In this document: piece by piece, positions 46,815-56,925 of the stretch
How positions within the stretch are numbered: the stretch's first letter is position 1
How the letters are laid out: each line of letters begins with the position of its first letter
DNA from: an uncultured Planctomycetales bacterium
Lineage (GTDB): Bacteria; Omnitrophota; Gorgyraeia; Gygaellales; Profunditerraquicolaceae
Direction: 5' to 3'
Assembly (NCBI GenBank): GCA_964603585.1
Contig: CAZRVK010000001.1
Coordinates: 438,541-502,540, forward strand
Length of the DNA stretch: 64,000 nucleotides
Made by a program: the position numbers and the translations under genes
The notes under the pieces: generated by a model
What the model saw: the letters and a program-made list of their open reading frames with translations, nothing else
Database searches by the model: none
What the model was told of the DNA's origin: nothing

Positions 46815-47510
46815 CTATTTCTCAAGATTAGCTGCTGCAAAATCCCAATTGATCAATTTATCGATCACAACATTTACATAATCGACGCGCCGATTCTGAT
46901 AATCCAGGTAATACGCATGCTCCCAGACATCGATGACCAATAACGGTTTCATCTTTTGAGTCAACGGCGAATCGGCATTCCCGGTTTTGACTACCTTAAG
47001 TTCTTCTCCATCTAATACAAGCCAGGCCCAACCACTGCCAAATTGAGTACTTGCCGCATCCGCCAGGGCCTTTTTGCAGACCTCTACACTCCCAAAAGAA
47101 TCCTCCATCTTTGCCGCAAGAACCTTTGGTATTTCGCCGCCGCCGCCCGGAGTCAAACTGCTCCAGAAAAACGAGTGGTTCCACGCCTGTGAAGCATTGT
47201 TAAAAATTGCGGTTTTATCCGCTTTGCCTGCTGTGGCGATAATAACTTCTTCCAAGGGCAACCCGTAGAACTCCGTACCTGCTACAAGCTTATTTAAATT
47301 ATCTACATATCCTTTATGATGTTTACCGTAATGAAAACTGATTGTGTTCGCAGTTATTATCGGAGCCAGGGCATCTTGCGCGTATGGTAAAGGCGGCAAG
47401 GAAAATACAGCATCCTGCGGATCACCGTTCTCCGCAAATACCCGGGCAGGAACAAAACCCATCATGGCAAAAACGGCAACTCCTACGATCAAATTTATTA
47501 TGTATCTCAT
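46815..47510 (-). CDS. sod: Fe/Mn superoxide dismutase with signal peptide (periplasmic)
   Basis: [15 protein letters not shown] and [15 protein letters not shown] metal-ligand motifs. N-terminal signal sequence. Confidence 0.9.
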   Translation of the reverse strand: MRYIINLIVGVAVFAMMGFVPARVFAENGDPQDAVFSLPPLPYAQDALAPIITANTISFHYGKHHKGYVDNLNKLVAGTEFYGLPLEEVIIATAGKADKTAIFNNASQAWNHSFFWSSLTPGGGGEIPKVLAAKMEDSFGSVEVCKKALADAASTQFGSGWAWLVLDGEELKVVKTGNADSPLTQKMKPLLVIDVWEHAYYLDYQNRRVDYVNVVIDKLINWDFAAANLEK

Positions 47511-47564
47511 TTTATCCTTTTTGTTTATGTAACCCCTTGTATATTTCCCAAGAGAAAATGCCCC

Positions 47565-48116
47565 TTAATTCTTCCTGATCATCCTTTTTAACAATTCCTC
47601 AATCATTCCGATATCTTTATCATCAACCTTACCCGAAACATAATACCGTATAACCCCTTTCTTATCTATGATTATCAAATTACTTTCTTCTTTAATGCGG
47701 TAATCCGCAGACATCTTTCCATCCCAATCACCATATATCGTTATCCCTTCTTTCTGCGAATTATCCCGCAGGCCTTCATCCCAAGCTCCTCTAAAAAACA
47801 CCCCCCGGCAATTAATCACTCCTATTCTTATAATATCTTTTTTTATGGGACCAGGCTGGACATCATAGAATGCATTGAGACTGATCTTGAGTTTTCGATT
47901 TTGCTCAACCGCGCTTTTAACTTCATAGAACACTACCGCCACCTTACCTTTGATATCATCTAAAGTCAGCGTTTCTCGACTACCCGATATAACCTTGAAT
48001 GCAGGGGCCAAGTTGTCAATAAGAGGATCACTGGCGCAAATAAAAACAGGCAATAAAAACAAGGCAGCAAGAAATGAAGCGATAAAAACCAAGCGTATTC
48101 TGCAAGTTACCATGGC
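47565..48116 (-). CDS. secreted thioredoxin-fold-like protein lacking CxxC
   Basis: Signal peptide starting at MVTCRIRLVFIAS. GKVAVVFYEV has a redoxin-like beta-alpha pattern. The start overlaps the upstream stop (ATGGTAA). Confidence 0.35.
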   Translation of the reverse strand, partial: AMVTCRIRLVFIASFLAALFLLPVFICASDPLIDNLAPAFKVISGSRETLTLDDIKGKVAVVFYEVKSAVEQNRKLKISLNAFYDVQPGPIKKDIIRIGVINCRGVFFRGAWDEGLRDNSQKEGITIYGDWDGKMSADYRIKEESNLIIIDKKGVIRYYVSGKVDDKDIGMIEELLKRMIRKN

Positions 48117-48529
48117 AGGCACCTGAAATATTCGAGAGCCTTTGCGTTTTTCTCGATAAAAGACCAGACATACTGGCCATAGCCTATTTGACAAAGCACA
48201 TAATTGCCTATGCCAAATTGGCCGATAGCGGTTATCCCTATCGCGAATTGCCCCAGAGCAAATATAAAACCTATGGCAAATTGGGCAACCGCAAACATTC
48301 CTACAGAAAACTGCGCCAGGCCTAATAATAAACCAACCGCGAACTGCCCTATCGCAACCACCCCTATCGCAAACTGGCCTATTGCAATAATGCCTTTTGC
48401 TATAAGAAACTTTCCTGTTTGACGGTTGCGGCCTACAGCAATATGGATAACGGGGAGTCCGAAAATCTCCGCCTTACTCCTCCATTCATAACCGCTATTC
48501 CAAATATTTTTTAGCATTTGACTTTGCAT
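48107..48529 (-). CDS. membrane protein with about nine tandem octapeptide repeats A-[IV]-G-Q-F-A-[IV]-G
   Basis: AIGQFAIGVVAIGQFAVGLLLGLAQFSVGMFAVAQFAIGFIFALGQFAIGITAIGQFGIG. The coding DNA is a corresponding ~24-bp tandem repeat. Confidence 0.35.
   Translation of the reverse strand: MQSQMLKNIWNSGYEWRSKAEIFGLPVIHIAVGRNRQTGKFLIAKGIIAIGQFAIGVVAIGQFAVGLLLGLAQFSVGMFAVAQFAIGFIFALGQFAIGITAIGQFGIGNYVLCQIGYGQYVWSFIEKNAKALEYFRCLPW
48200..48420. repeat. coding tandem repeat (~24-bp unit) underlying the octapeptide repeats
   Basis: Repeated CCTATCGC(A/G)AA(C/T)TGGC-like units are visible on both strands. This is not a CRISPR array: there are no unique spacers and the region is in-frame coding. Confidence 0.6.
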
Positions 48530-48601
48530 TATTTCATCGGTTCTCTTTGATTAATTATACATCCGATATCTTCTTGCATCAACGACATTCAAATAACGGG
48601 A

Positions 48602-51355
48602 TCATGCAGACTTCCGAGACAAAAACCACCTACCGCCCCATTTTTTAGCTTCCATAACGATAAAGATCAATACCCCTATCAGGACAATCCGTAACCAGGC
48701 ATTCAGAGAAATCGGCGCGCTATGAAAAAAACGATTCATGGCGGGAGAATAAGTAAATAGGATCTGCAAGCCTATCATAATCAAGATACCAAAAATCAGC
48801 CAACGGTTCGAAAATACCCCAAGAGCGAACATTGATTTTGACAATGAACGGCAATTAAGAAGATAGAAAAGTTCGCCTATAACCAGAACACCAACGGCAG
48901 CAGTACGTGCCTCTTCAATACTCAAACCATTATTTCTTTCGTAAAAAAACAGCCCAAAAACACCGAGTGCTAAAAGCAAGCCAACAAAAATTGTCTGCAC
49001 AATAAGATCTACGGTCATAATCGGGGTCTTGGGATCACGGGGTGGACGCCGCATCAAATCAGGCTCCTTAGACTCAAAAGCTAACATCATCCCCAAACAT
49101 ACAGCAGTAGTCATATTTATCCAAAGCAATTGCACCGGCGCAACAGGAAGCACCATGCCCGCAAAAATGGCAACCATAATAGCAAGCGCCTCGCCTAAAT
49201 TTGTCGGCAATGTCCAGACAATAAATTTCTTTAAGTTGTCAAAGACACATCGCCCCTCTTCGACTGCGGCTTCAATTGAAACAAAATTATCGTCTGTTAA
49301 AATCATATCCGCCGCCTCTTTTGCAACCTCTGTACCTGTGCGCCCCATAGCTATACCTATGTTAGCTTGTTTAAGCGCCGGAGCATCATTGACGCCGTCT
49401 CCGGTCATTGCCACAATATAGCCTCTTGTCTGAATCGCTTTAACAAGCCGCAACTTTTGTTCCGGGGTCACACGGGCAAAAACACTAACTCGATCAACGG
49501 ATTTCTGTAAATCCTCGTCATTCATAGTTTCCAGTTCGCTTCCGCTTAACGCTATCAAACTTTGAATTGACTCTCCATCCCCAAGACGACTTTTCAGGTT
49601 TAATTGTGCAGCGATGGCTTTGGCCGTCAACACATGGTCTCCGGTTATCATCTTAACCAATATCCCGGCCGAATGACAACGCCGCACAGCCTCGATTGCT
49701 TCTTTTCGCGGAGGATCAATCATTCCCTGTAACCCTAAAAACGTCAGAGACTCGTTAATATCACCATGCTCAATCCTGTCTTTCTTCGGAGAAATACCCC
49801 CACGGGCAAAAGCAAGCACTCTAAGCCCTTTTGCCGCCATAATCTCAACCTGATGCTCGATAATGGCGCGCTCCAAAGGATGCACACCCCCATTTTCATC
49901 AATATAATCAACACATTTGGCTAAAACTTTTTCTACGGAACCTTTTACATAAACAATCCCATCCCCATCAGGCAAAACATGAAAAGTCGCCATATATTGA
50001 TATTCGGATTCAAAGGGAATAGAATCTTTACGCGGCAATCCCGGCATGCCTTCTACAAATAAGCTCTTTGCTTTATGCGCAGATACAATAAGTGCCGCTT
50101 CTGTAGGATCACCTTCCACCCGAAGCAACCCTTCTTTCTCTACGATCCTGCTATCATTGCACAAAAATCCGGCGGTCAAACACTCTTTAAGAGCTATCGA
50201 AGATACGGACTTACGAGAAGTCCCTTGGATAGACCCCTCAAACCCATATCCTACCCCTGAAACATTATATATCTGGCCATCAGCAAATATCTCCTGGACA
50301 GTCATTTGATTTTCGGTAAGTGTTCCGGTTTTATCAGAACAAATAACCCCGGTACTGCCCAACGTCTCTACTGCCGGAAGCTTTCGAATGATAGCACGGC
50401 GCTTAGCCATTCTTGCCACCCCTATTGCCAGTGTTATTGTTACAGCCGCAGGTAATCCTTCAGGAATTGCACCTACCGCAAGCGCAATCGCAGCCATAAA
50501 CATTTCCGCGGCAGACTCACCTCTAATTACCCCCACAACAAAAGTAATGACGGACAAACCAATAATAATGAATAGAAGATACCGGCTAAAGTGGGCGATT
50601 TTAATTGTAAGAGGCGTTTCTAAATCCTCCGCAGTAGTGATTAACTCGGATATTCGTCCGACTTCAGTGGTATCTCCGGTAGAGATAACAATAGCTTTTC
50701 CTCTGCCATAAGTAACAAAAGTGGAGGCATAAAGCATATTCAACCTGTCTGCTAAAACAGTTTTGGCATCGATAGCATCAATTTGCTTCTCAACCGGCAC
50801 AGACTCACCCGTAAGAGGAGACTCATTAACTTGCAGATCCCGAATATGAACAAGGCGCATATCAGCCGTAATCTTATCGCCCGAAGCGATCATAACCACA
50901 TCACCGGGAACCAAATCAATAGATGAAATATGCTGTTCTTTACCATCTCTTAAGACAGAGACAGAAGAAGTCATAGAGCGAGAAAGCGCCTCCAGGGCTT
51001 TTAACGCCTTGGTTTCCTGCAAAAAACCGATAACAGCATTAATAAAGACTACTCCAAAAATCACCGAGGCATCAACCCACTCTTTTAAGAATAGAGTAGT
51101 TACAGCTGCCACCAGAAGAATATATACAAGAGGCTGATTAAACTGCAGTAAAAACCGCAGCCACAGGGGTGTGCCTTTTTTAGGAGTGATTTGATTTAAT
51201 CCAAACTGCTCCTTGCGTTTTGTAACCTCCCCCAAAGGCAGGCCTACCGAAATATCAACCTCAAGCCGTCTGATAACTTCATCTACGGACAACGAATGCC
51301 AGCTTTCTTTAATAACATCCGCGTTTTCCTTACCCATTTCTATCTCCTTTTTCAA
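48602..51355 (-). CDS. P2-type cation-transporting ATPase (Ca2+/Mg2+-type)
   Basis: CSDKTGTLT phosphorylation motif, PEGLP, MTGDGVNDAPALK and 10 TM segments. Confidence 0.9.
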   Translation of the reverse strand: MKKEIEMGKENADVIKESWHSLSVDEVIRRLEVDISVGLPLGEVTKRKEQFGLNQITPKKGTPLWLRFLLQFNQPLVYILLVAAVTTLFLKEWVDASVIFGVVFINAVIGFLQETKALKALEALSRSMTSSVSVLRDGKEQHISSIDLVPGDVVMIASGDKITADMRLVHIRDLQVNESPLTGESVPVEKQIDAIDAKTVLADRLNMLYASTFVTYGRGKAIVISTGDTTEVGRISELITTAEDLETPLTIKIAHFSRYLLFIIIGLSVITFVVGVIRGESAAEMFMAAIALAVGAIPEGLPAAVTITLAIGVARMAKRRAIIRKLPAVETLGSTGVICSDKTGTLTENQMTVQEIFADGQIYNVSGVGYGFEGSIQGTSRKSVSSIALKECLTAGFLCNDSRIVEKEGLLRVEGDPTEAALIVSAHKAKSLFVEGMPGLPRKDSIPFESEYQYMATFHVLPDGDGIVYVKGSVEKVLAKCVDYIDENGGVHPLERAIIEHQVEIMAAKGLRVLAFARGGISPKKDRIEHGDINESLTFLGLQGMIDPPRKEAIEAVRRCHSAGILVKMITGDHVLTAKAIAAQLNLKSRLGDGESIQSLIALSGSELETMNDEDLQKSVDRVSVFARVTPEQKLRLVKAIQTRGYIVAMTGDGVNDAPALKQANIGIAMGRTGTEVAKEAADMILTDDNFVSIEAAVEEGRCVFDNLKKFIVWTLPTNLGEALAIMVAIFAGMVLPVAPVQLLWINMTTAVCLGMMLAFESKEPDLMRRPPRDPKTPIMTVDLIVQTIFVGLLLALGVFGLFFYERNNGLSIEEARTAAVGVLVIGELFYLLNCRSLSKSMFALGVFSNRWLIFGILIMIGLQILFTYSPAMNRFFHSAPISLNAWLRIVLIGVLIFIVMEAKKWGGRWFLSRKSA

Positions 51356-51398
51356 CCTGCTTTTACTGGGTTTATTTTAGAAGGTAATATGCAAGTTT

Positions 51399-52349
51399 TC
51401 AGTTGGTTTTAGATCCGGCATATTTTACTACTTGATCAAAATATTGATAGGCATGCAAAGATACTTTCGCAATAAACTCCTTAGCCTGCGAACTATTCGG
51501 ACTCGCATGTTTGGTTAACACGATAATTACAAAATCTCCATTACGGGTAAAAACTATACCCGCGTCATGGCATACGCCTTTCTCAAGGCCGGTTTTATGC
51601 GCAATATTTATCTCGGGAGGCAAATATTTAGGGATCCGGTCATTCATTCGAGTCAATCTTAACATCCGCAAACACTGGTCCGAAATGTTTTTATTCCCCA
51701 GAGTTTTCCAGTATATCTTCTCTAATAATAAAGACATATCTTCGGCTGTTGTATAATTTTCTATACCTTTGGCCCGTGAATGATAATCGGCAATTTTTCG
51801 CGACAACTCCGTATTCTTCAATCCGAAAGATTTAAACGTATTATTCAGATAATCAATACCGACCAGATTAGTAACGATGTTGGTCGCGGTATTATCGCTG
51901 TCATAAATCATAAGCCCAATGAGCCTTTCAACGCTAAAGATAGTACCAGCAGGCATATCCTTTAATACGCCTGAACCGGTGAGTTTATCTGCTGGCTTTA
52001 AAGCGATATTACGATCAAGCTTAATCCGCCCCTGTTCAGCTGCGAGAAAACATGAAGCCATAAGTGGAACCTTGGCCAAACTCGCAGACGGAAAAAGATT
52101 ATCTTTGTTATACGTAAATTCCCATCCGGTCTGTAAATCTTTGATAATAATCCCGGATTCGCCTTTAAACTGGCTTATTTCGGCATGGACACGTTGCCTT
52201 AACTCTTGCCACCCTGTTTTCCTTGTTTCATATAGAAACTTTTTCTGTCGGGATTCTTGAAAATCCCTATAATAACGCTGGCCGCAATATACTCCAGCAC
52301 CCAAAAAAGAAACAATGATCATAAACAAGAATACTTTTTTTGCTTTCAT
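51399..52349 (-). CDS. class A beta-lactamase family serine hydrolase
   Basis: SASLAK (SxxK), YDSDN (SDN) and HKTG (KTG) motifs, with a signal peptide. Confidence 0.8.
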   Translation of the reverse strand: MKAKKVFLFMIIVSFLGAGVYCGQRYYRDFQESRQKKFLYETRKTGWQELRQRVHAEISQFKGESGIIIKDLQTGWEFTYNKDNLFPSASLAKVPLMASCFLAAEQGRIKLDRNIALKPADKLTGSGVLKDMPAGTIFSVERLIGLMIYDSDNTATNIVTNLVGIDYLNNTFKSFGLKNTELSRKIADYHSRAKGIENYTTAEDMSLLLEKIYWKTLGNKNISDQCLRMLRLTRMNDRIPKYLPPEINIAHKTGLEKGVCHDAGIVFTRNGDFVIIVLTKHASPNSSQAKEFIAKVSLHAYQYFDQVVKYAGSKTN

Positions 52350-52462
52350 TTTCGTTTATTACAGTAAATATCCTCTTAGTTGCTCACCGTGCACAATCCC
52401 GATAGTCTCTTTTTCGCACAACCCCTTATTGTCAGAAGAGTGATCTTTTACTGAATACCCAT

Positions 52463-52497
52463 AAAAAAAACCATCCTGCAGCAAAACTGCAAGATGG
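52463..52497 (-). terminator. intrinsic terminator after the crcB-DUF190 operon
   Basis: On the minus strand, CCAUCUUGCAGuuuuGCUGCAGGAUGG is followed by UUUUUUUU. Confidence 0.6.
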
Positions 52498-52697
52498 CGG
52501 CCCGACCACCTTAACTTTCCTACCTCCAGGAATACCTGCGTATCCCCAGACCACTTATCTGTCGCAACTTAATATACCATAATCGAAGGAAAACGCAAAG
52601 TAATAGTGCTGACTCGCATACGTAGCCCAAAAGTTTCTTGCATGATCATATAAAATCTATAAGATTCCGGCCTTATCAGCCATTTGAATTAAAATAA

Positions 52698-53030
52698 TTA
52701 TTTATGCCGGTATTTAATTACCCGGGCTTTCTCAAGCGTAATCAGCCCCTCTTGCACGGTCTCATCTAAAAAAGGCAGTAGTTTATTCAGATTTTCCTCG
52801 GTATCCACAAGCTCAATAACTACCGGCAAGTCTTCCGAGAGGCGTAAGATCTTGGCTGAATGCATACGGCTGTCAGCCCCGAACCCCATGATCCCGCGGA
52901 GTACTGTCGCTCCGGCGAGGTTAAGCTCTCTGGCTTTAATGACGATCTGCTCGTATAAAGCCTTGCCCTTATATTTATCTGATTCACCCACAAATATTCG
53001 CAGCAGCATTCCCTCTTCCGGCAATTTCAT
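52698..53030 (-). CDS. DUF190 (PII-like fold) protein commonly paired with CrcB
   Basis: 110 aa. LRIFVGESDKYKGKALYEQIV matches DUF190. Lies immediately downstream of crcB. Confidence 0.75.
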   Translation of the reverse strand: MKLPEEGMLLRIFVGESDKYKGKALYEQIVIKARELNLAGATVLRGIMGFGADSRMHSAKILRLSEDLPVVIELVDTEENLNKLLPFLDETVQEGLITLEKARVIKYRHK

Positions 53031-53041
53031 TCCACACCCCC

Positions 53042-53428
53042 TTATTTAAATAAATTCAAAAACATTCTTGAGGCGGCATATCCGGCAAATACAGCACCAA
53101 TACTCAAAACCACTGAAAGAGCCGCGTTAGCGAAGGCAATACGATATTCCCCGTCTCGCATGAGGTTAAACGTTTCGAGACTGAAGGTAGAGAACGTCGT
53201 ATAGCCGCCTAAGATACCGATAAAAATAAAAAGCCTAATATTCGGAGAGATTTCAAACCGGTCGATAATCCCCCAGAGGAAACCGATCACTAAGGATCCC
53301 GTAACATTAACAACCAACGTACTGACAGGGAACGCCCCGTTTGCGAAACGGTAATCAAGCCCGCCCATAATATAACGCAGGATTGTTCCGATCGCGCCGC
53401 CTAATCCTAAAATAAAAAACCTCAACAT
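53042..53428 (-). CDS. crcB: fluoride ion channel CrcB/Fluc
   Basis: MLRFFILGLGGAIGTILRY...GGYTTFSTFS. The start is set at MLRFF because the longer ORF-track N-terminus covers the riboswitch. Confidence 0.85.
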   Translation of the reverse strand: MLRFFILGLGGAIGTILRYIMGGLDYRFANGAFPVSTLVVNVTGSLVIGFLWGIIDRFEISPNIRLFIFIGILGGYTTFSTFSLETFNLMRDGEYRIAFANAALSVVLSIGAVFAGYAASRMFLNLFK

Positions 53429-53449
53429 AAACTGATACCCCCCTTTCTT

Positions 53450-53505
53450 TTGAGTAGGAGTTATCAGCCTGTTGAGGCGGTTATTGGCGAACCCCATCGC
53501 CAGTA
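53450..53505 (-). ncRNA. fluoride riboswitch (crcB motif)
   Basis: The minus-strand RNA reads GGCGAUGGGGUUCGCCAAUAACCGCCUCAACAGGCUGAUAACUCCUAC. This matches the consensus GGCGAUGG..UUCGCC, AAACCGCC and GGCUGAU..CCUAC blocks. Confidence 0.8.
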
Positions 53506-53547
53506 TAAAGATATTGTATCAGATAAAACAAGTTCTTTTAAGTGAAA

Positions 53548-53985
53548 TTATACCTCACTCAACCAATCTTTTATTTTAGCTTCTACCTGGCCCCTAACTT
53601 CTTTTGTCTTTTTCAATTTTTCTTCATGCGATCCCATAAAAACGGAAGGATCCGGAAAACCCCAATGAAGCCGTTCTCCCTTGCCCGGGAATACTGGACA
53701 AGCCCCGGATTGCGATTCGTCGCAAACAGTGATAACGTAATCGTACTGCCTGCCTTGCTTATAAAAATCAAACACACTTTTGGTTTTGTTCTGTGATATA
53801 TCAATATCGACTTCTTTCATCGCCTCAACCACAATAGGATTGAGCTTGCCCGGTTCAAGACCGGCGCTTTCTACCTCGAAACGGTCTCCTCCATATTTCT
53901 TCAAGAACGCTTCCGCCATTTGAGACCGTGCCGAATTGTGAACGCACACAAAAAGGACTCTTTTTTTATCCATGGCTAACCACAA
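53548..53985 (-). CDS. arsC: arsenate reductase, LMW-PTP/thioredoxin-coupled family
   Basis: [20 protein letters not shown]5R P-loop plus downstream Cys residues. Confidence 0.85.
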   Translation of the reverse strand: MWLAMDKKRVLFVCVHNSARSQMAEAFLKKYGGDRFEVESAGLEPGKLNPIVVEAMKEVDIDISQNKTKSVFDFYKQGRQYDYVITVCDESQSGACPVFPGKGERLHWGFPDPSVFMGSHEEKLKKTKEVRGQVEAKIKDWLSEV

Positions 53986-55063
53986 CCTTAAACCAATTTT
54001 GTGTCCTTAAACAAACCTTCACCAGCATAAGCATCACCGGAACCTCAATAAGAACCCCAACGACTGTCGCTAAAGAAGCGCCTGATGAGAGCCCAAACAA
54101 AATAGTTGAAGTAGCAATCGCCACCTCAAAATGATTGCTTGCTCCCACCAATGCCGAAGGCGCCGCATCGCGATAAGGCAGCTTCAGCCACTTTGCTAAG
54201 CCATACGTTATTGCGAAAATAAGGCACGTCTGAATAAAAAGAGGTATCGCAATCAAAAGGATGATCTGGGGCTGATTGATAATCAGCTCTCCTTTAAAAG
54301 AAAATAAAAGAATCAGCGTGAGCAATAATGCGCAAATTGATACCGGCGTCAGGTAATGCAAGAATTTCTCCTCAAACCATCGAAATCCTTTCTTTGCAAT
54401 CAACCACTTTCTCGAGTAATAACCCAAGAGTAGCGGCAAGCCGACATAAATAACGACAGAAAGAACGATTGTCTGCCACGGGATAGGCATTTTATTCACC
54501 CCTAAGAGCCAACCGCCCAACGGCGCATAAAAAAACAACATAGTCAAGGAATTTATAGCGACCATAACCAGCGTGTGGCCGTCATTGCCTTTTGACAAAT
54601 GCCCCCAAATTAAGACCATGGCCGTGCATGGTGCTATGCCAAGCAAGATGCATCCGGCGATATATGACCGAAACAACTCAACCGGTAAGCCGCCTTTTAC
54701 GATCTCGGACCCCGGAAGCCACCCTTTAAACAATACCCCAAGGAAAAGCCATGCAATCGCAAGCATGGTAAACGGCTTTATGCACCAATTCACGATAAGA
54801 GTAAGAATAACCGGCTTAGGCGTCTTGCCCGCTTTAATAACCTCCGCAAAATCAATCTTGACCATGATCGGGTACATCATGAAAAATAGGCAGATTGCGA
54901 TAGGAATAGACACCTGATAAACCGAGATCTGATCCAACGCCACCGCCACTTGAGGAAACAGCTTGCCCAAAGCGATCCCAGTCCCGATACAAAGCACTAC
55001 CCATCCGGTGAGATACTTCTCAAAAAAACTTAATTTCCGTTCCTCATGAACAACGTATTCCAT
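53966..55063 (-). CDS. acr3: arsenite efflux transporter ACR3
   Basis: ACR3/ArsB-bile-acid-symporter fold with 10 TM segments. The start is taken at MEYVV. Confidence 0.85.
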   Translation of the reverse strand: MEYVVHEERKLSFFEKYLTGWVVLCIGTGIALGKLFPQVAVALDQISVYQVSIPIAICLFFMMYPIMVKIDFAEVIKAGKTPKPVILTLIVNWCIKPFTMLAIAWLFLGVLFKGWLPGSEIVKGGLPVELFRSYIAGCILLGIAPCTAMVLIWGHLSKGNDGHTLVMVAINSLTMLFFYAPLGGWLLGVNKMPIPWQTIVLSVVIYVGLPLLLGYYSRKWLIAKKGFRWFEEKFLHYLTPVSICALLLTLILLFSFKGELIINQPQIILLIAIPLFIQTCLIFAITYGLAKWLKLPYRDAAPSALVGASNHFEVAIATSTILFGLSSGASLATVVGVLIEVPVMLMLVKVCLRTQNWFKVVVSHG

Positions 55064-55157
55064 CCACCCTCCTCGCCCACAAGGGCACACCGGCCAATCA
55101 GATAAGCCAGAAAGGCAATGGTTTGACTTCCTTTAGCCAAAGCCATATAGCCTATTG

Positions 55158-55844
55158 TTAAAATAACCGCAAGATATAAATCCCTGTATAATAGAGTCCA
55201 ACGAGAATAAAAATCACTCCGGTAATTCTTCGAGTATAAAATTCCAATTTCGTGATCTTATTAAACCAATGACTCATTGAAGTCACGCCCAGCGCAATAG
55301 CGATAGCGAACGCCAATACCGGAAGCCCAGTCCCCACTCCATAGATAAACGGCAACAACGTCCCCGCTTTGCTATTAAGCGCCAAGGGAATAAGACTGCC
55401 AAAAAATAACGCCGCTGAAACCGGGCAAAACGCCAAGGCGAATATAAGGCCCAAAAGAAAAGCACCCGGAGCGCCGGAATCAACAAGTCTATTGTGATGC
55501 TTCTGTGATAGCGCTACTCCGGGAAATTTGAGCGTGATTACCTCAAGTAGAAATAACCCCGTGATTATCAACAAAGGCCCCAATGCCTTGACCATATACT
55601 TTTGCAGAAACTGCGCAACTTGCGGCACGCTTAAAAGAGAGCTGATAATGATCCAGCCGAGAACCGCATAAGCAACCATCCTGCCAAGTGTATATGCTAA
55701 CCCTGAAATCGCCACACGCGCCGGATGAGTGATCTTTTTTGAAAGAAACGACACCGCCGCGATATTTGTAGCTAAAGGGCATGGGCTAATCGAAGTCAAT
55801 ATTCCCAGCCATAACGCAGAGCCAAAAGCAATTAATAATTCCAT
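55158..55844 (-). CDS. CcdA/DsbD-family transmembrane thiol:disulfide electron transporter
   Basis: Two TM Cys-Pro motifs (ISPCPLA and AFCPVSA), typical of CcdA. Confidence 0.6.
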   Translation of the reverse strand: MELLIAFGSALWLGILTSISPCPLATNIAAVSFLSKKITHPARVAISGLAYTLGRMVAYAVLGWIIISSLLSVPQVAQFLQKYMVKALGPLLIITGLFLLEVITLKFPGVALSQKHHNRLVDSGAPGAFLLGLIFALAFCPVSAALFFGSLIPLALNSKAGTLLPFIYGVGTGLPVLAFAIAIALGVTSMSHWFNKITKLEFYTRRITGVIFILVGLYYTGIYILRLF

Positions 55845-56263
55845 TATTGAGCGTCCTTCATAAACGCATTCACTTCGCCGGTCACGTAATCAATAAACTT
55901 CTGCTTGTTGCGAGCAAGTTCCCAGATCTTATCGAGATTCTTCGATTTAACTTCCTTCCCGTCCTTGATCATTGAGAGAATAAGTGATTTGGTATACAGC
56001 TTATAGTCATTCACAAAATGCTCGTTACCCCGATCCTCGACATTAACGACCTTGAACTCAAGATTGCCTGAATCAAGAGCATCTTTGAAATTTAAATCAA
56101 TCGCTTCCATTGAATACTTCTCCATGTTCATGCACGTAGGGCAACGAAATGATCCATGGAAATAATACGCTACGACTTTTGCTGAACTGCTTTCTGCCGC
56201 AAAGGCTATCGGAGCGCTAATTACCGCAACAACCGCCAGAATTACAAGAAGAAGTTTCTTCAC
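55844..56263 (-). CDS. secreted thioredoxin-fold CxxC protein
   Basis: GTG start preceded by AGGAGG. Signal peptide KKLLLVILAVVAVISAPIAFA. Active-site FRCPTC. The long ORF-track N-terminus is rejected because it overlaps the DGC gene. Confidence 0.5.
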   Translation of the reverse strand: MKKLLLVILAVVAVISAPIAFAAESSSAKVVAYYFHGSFRCPTCMNMEKYSMEAIDLNFKDALDSGNLEFKVVNVEDRGNEHFVNDYKLYTKSLILSMIKDGKEVKSKNLDKIWELARNKQKFIDYVTGEVNAFMKDAQ

Positions 56264-56621
56264 TTTTACCTCCTGAAATTTTATTGGCCGCTTTCTCAAT
56301 ATTTTCCTCACTAACTTGAGTCTTACCCTTCTCAAATCCGATTTCTTTAAGATTAAAAGAAATCGGATTAAATCCAGCATGTTCAAGAATCTTTTTCGAA
56401 CATAAAACCTGACATCCATCAATGGCGATAATTTTATTCGCCGCCTTCGCCGACTCGACCATACCCGGGACATGCGCTCCGATACCGGCTAAGCAAAACA
56501 TCTTTGCCTGCCCGCATTTGGCCATCTTGCGCGCCAGGCGATCGGACAATTCTCCCACATCAGACCCGCCGGAGCACGGAAATATCAAAGTACCTGCCTC
56601 TTGACACATACAATTACCCAT
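56217..56621 (-). CDS. DGC-domain protein (putative metal/metalloid chelating)
   Basis: AIDGCQVLC DGC motif and a Cys-rich C-terminus CNSGGCCGN. Confidence 0.65.
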   Translation of the reverse strand: MGNCMCQEAGTLIFPCSGGSDVGELSDRLARKMAKCGQAKMFCLAGIGAHVPGMVESAKAANKIIAIDGCQVLCSKKILEHAGFNPISFNLKEIGFEKGKTQVSEENIEKAANKISGGKSEETSSCNSGGCCGN

Positions 56622-56678
56622 TAATGTCCTCCCTTGCAGTTAGCAAGCACCCGCGCAATTTTTGCATAAACAGGGGTG

Positions 56679-56912
56679 CTATTTCGATAAAATCATTTTA
56701 ATCTCATCTTTACTTAATACCTTTCCTACCGAAATCACTGTTCCGTCGACCGCAAAGCCCGGAGTCATCATGACACCGTACTCGGTGATCTTATCAATAT
56801 CGGTAACCTTACCGATCTCGGCTTGAATGTTCAGCTCTTTAACGGCCGCCTCGGCATTGGCCGTAAGCTGTTTACATTTAGGACAACCGACACCCAAGAT
56901 TTCTATTTTCAT
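56679..56912 (-). CDS. thioredoxin-family small protein (redox-active disulfide protein 2 type)
   Basis: 77 aa with the MKIEILGVGCPKCKQL CxxC motif. Confidence 0.75.
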   Translation of the reverse strand: MKIEILGVGCPKCKQLTANAEAAVKELNIQAEIGKVTDIDKITEYGVMMTPGFAVDGTVISVGKVLSKDEIKMILSK

Positions 56913-56925
56913 TCTCTGCCTCCAT

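Noticed and set aside
48200-48420. Regularly spaced short DNA repeats that at first glance resemble a CRISPR array
   Set aside because: The repeats are contiguous, with no unique spacers. They lie in frame inside an ORF encoding AIGQFAIG octapeptide repeats, and there are no cas genes. This is a coding tandem repeat.
52350-52697. 350-bp gap between DUF190 and the beta-lactamase gene, considered as a structured ncRNA (6S/SRP/tmRNA)
   Set aside because: No match to conserved SRP, tmRNA or RNase P motifs. The content is explained by one strong intrinsic terminator plus the beta-lactamase promoter and leader.
53429-53497. Long N-terminal extension of crcB in the ORF track (MGFANNRLNRLITPTQKKGGYQF...)
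   Set aside because: This stretch is the fluoride riboswitch aptamer. The real start is the internal MLRFF with an upstream RBS.
56264-56473. Arg/Lys-rich 70-aa N-terminal extension of the thioredoxin-fold gene (MSRVWSSRRRRRIKL...)
   Set aside because: It overlaps the DGC-domain gene in another frame. A GTG with an AGGAGG RBS at 56263 starts a clean signal peptide, so the extension is an ORF-finder artefact.
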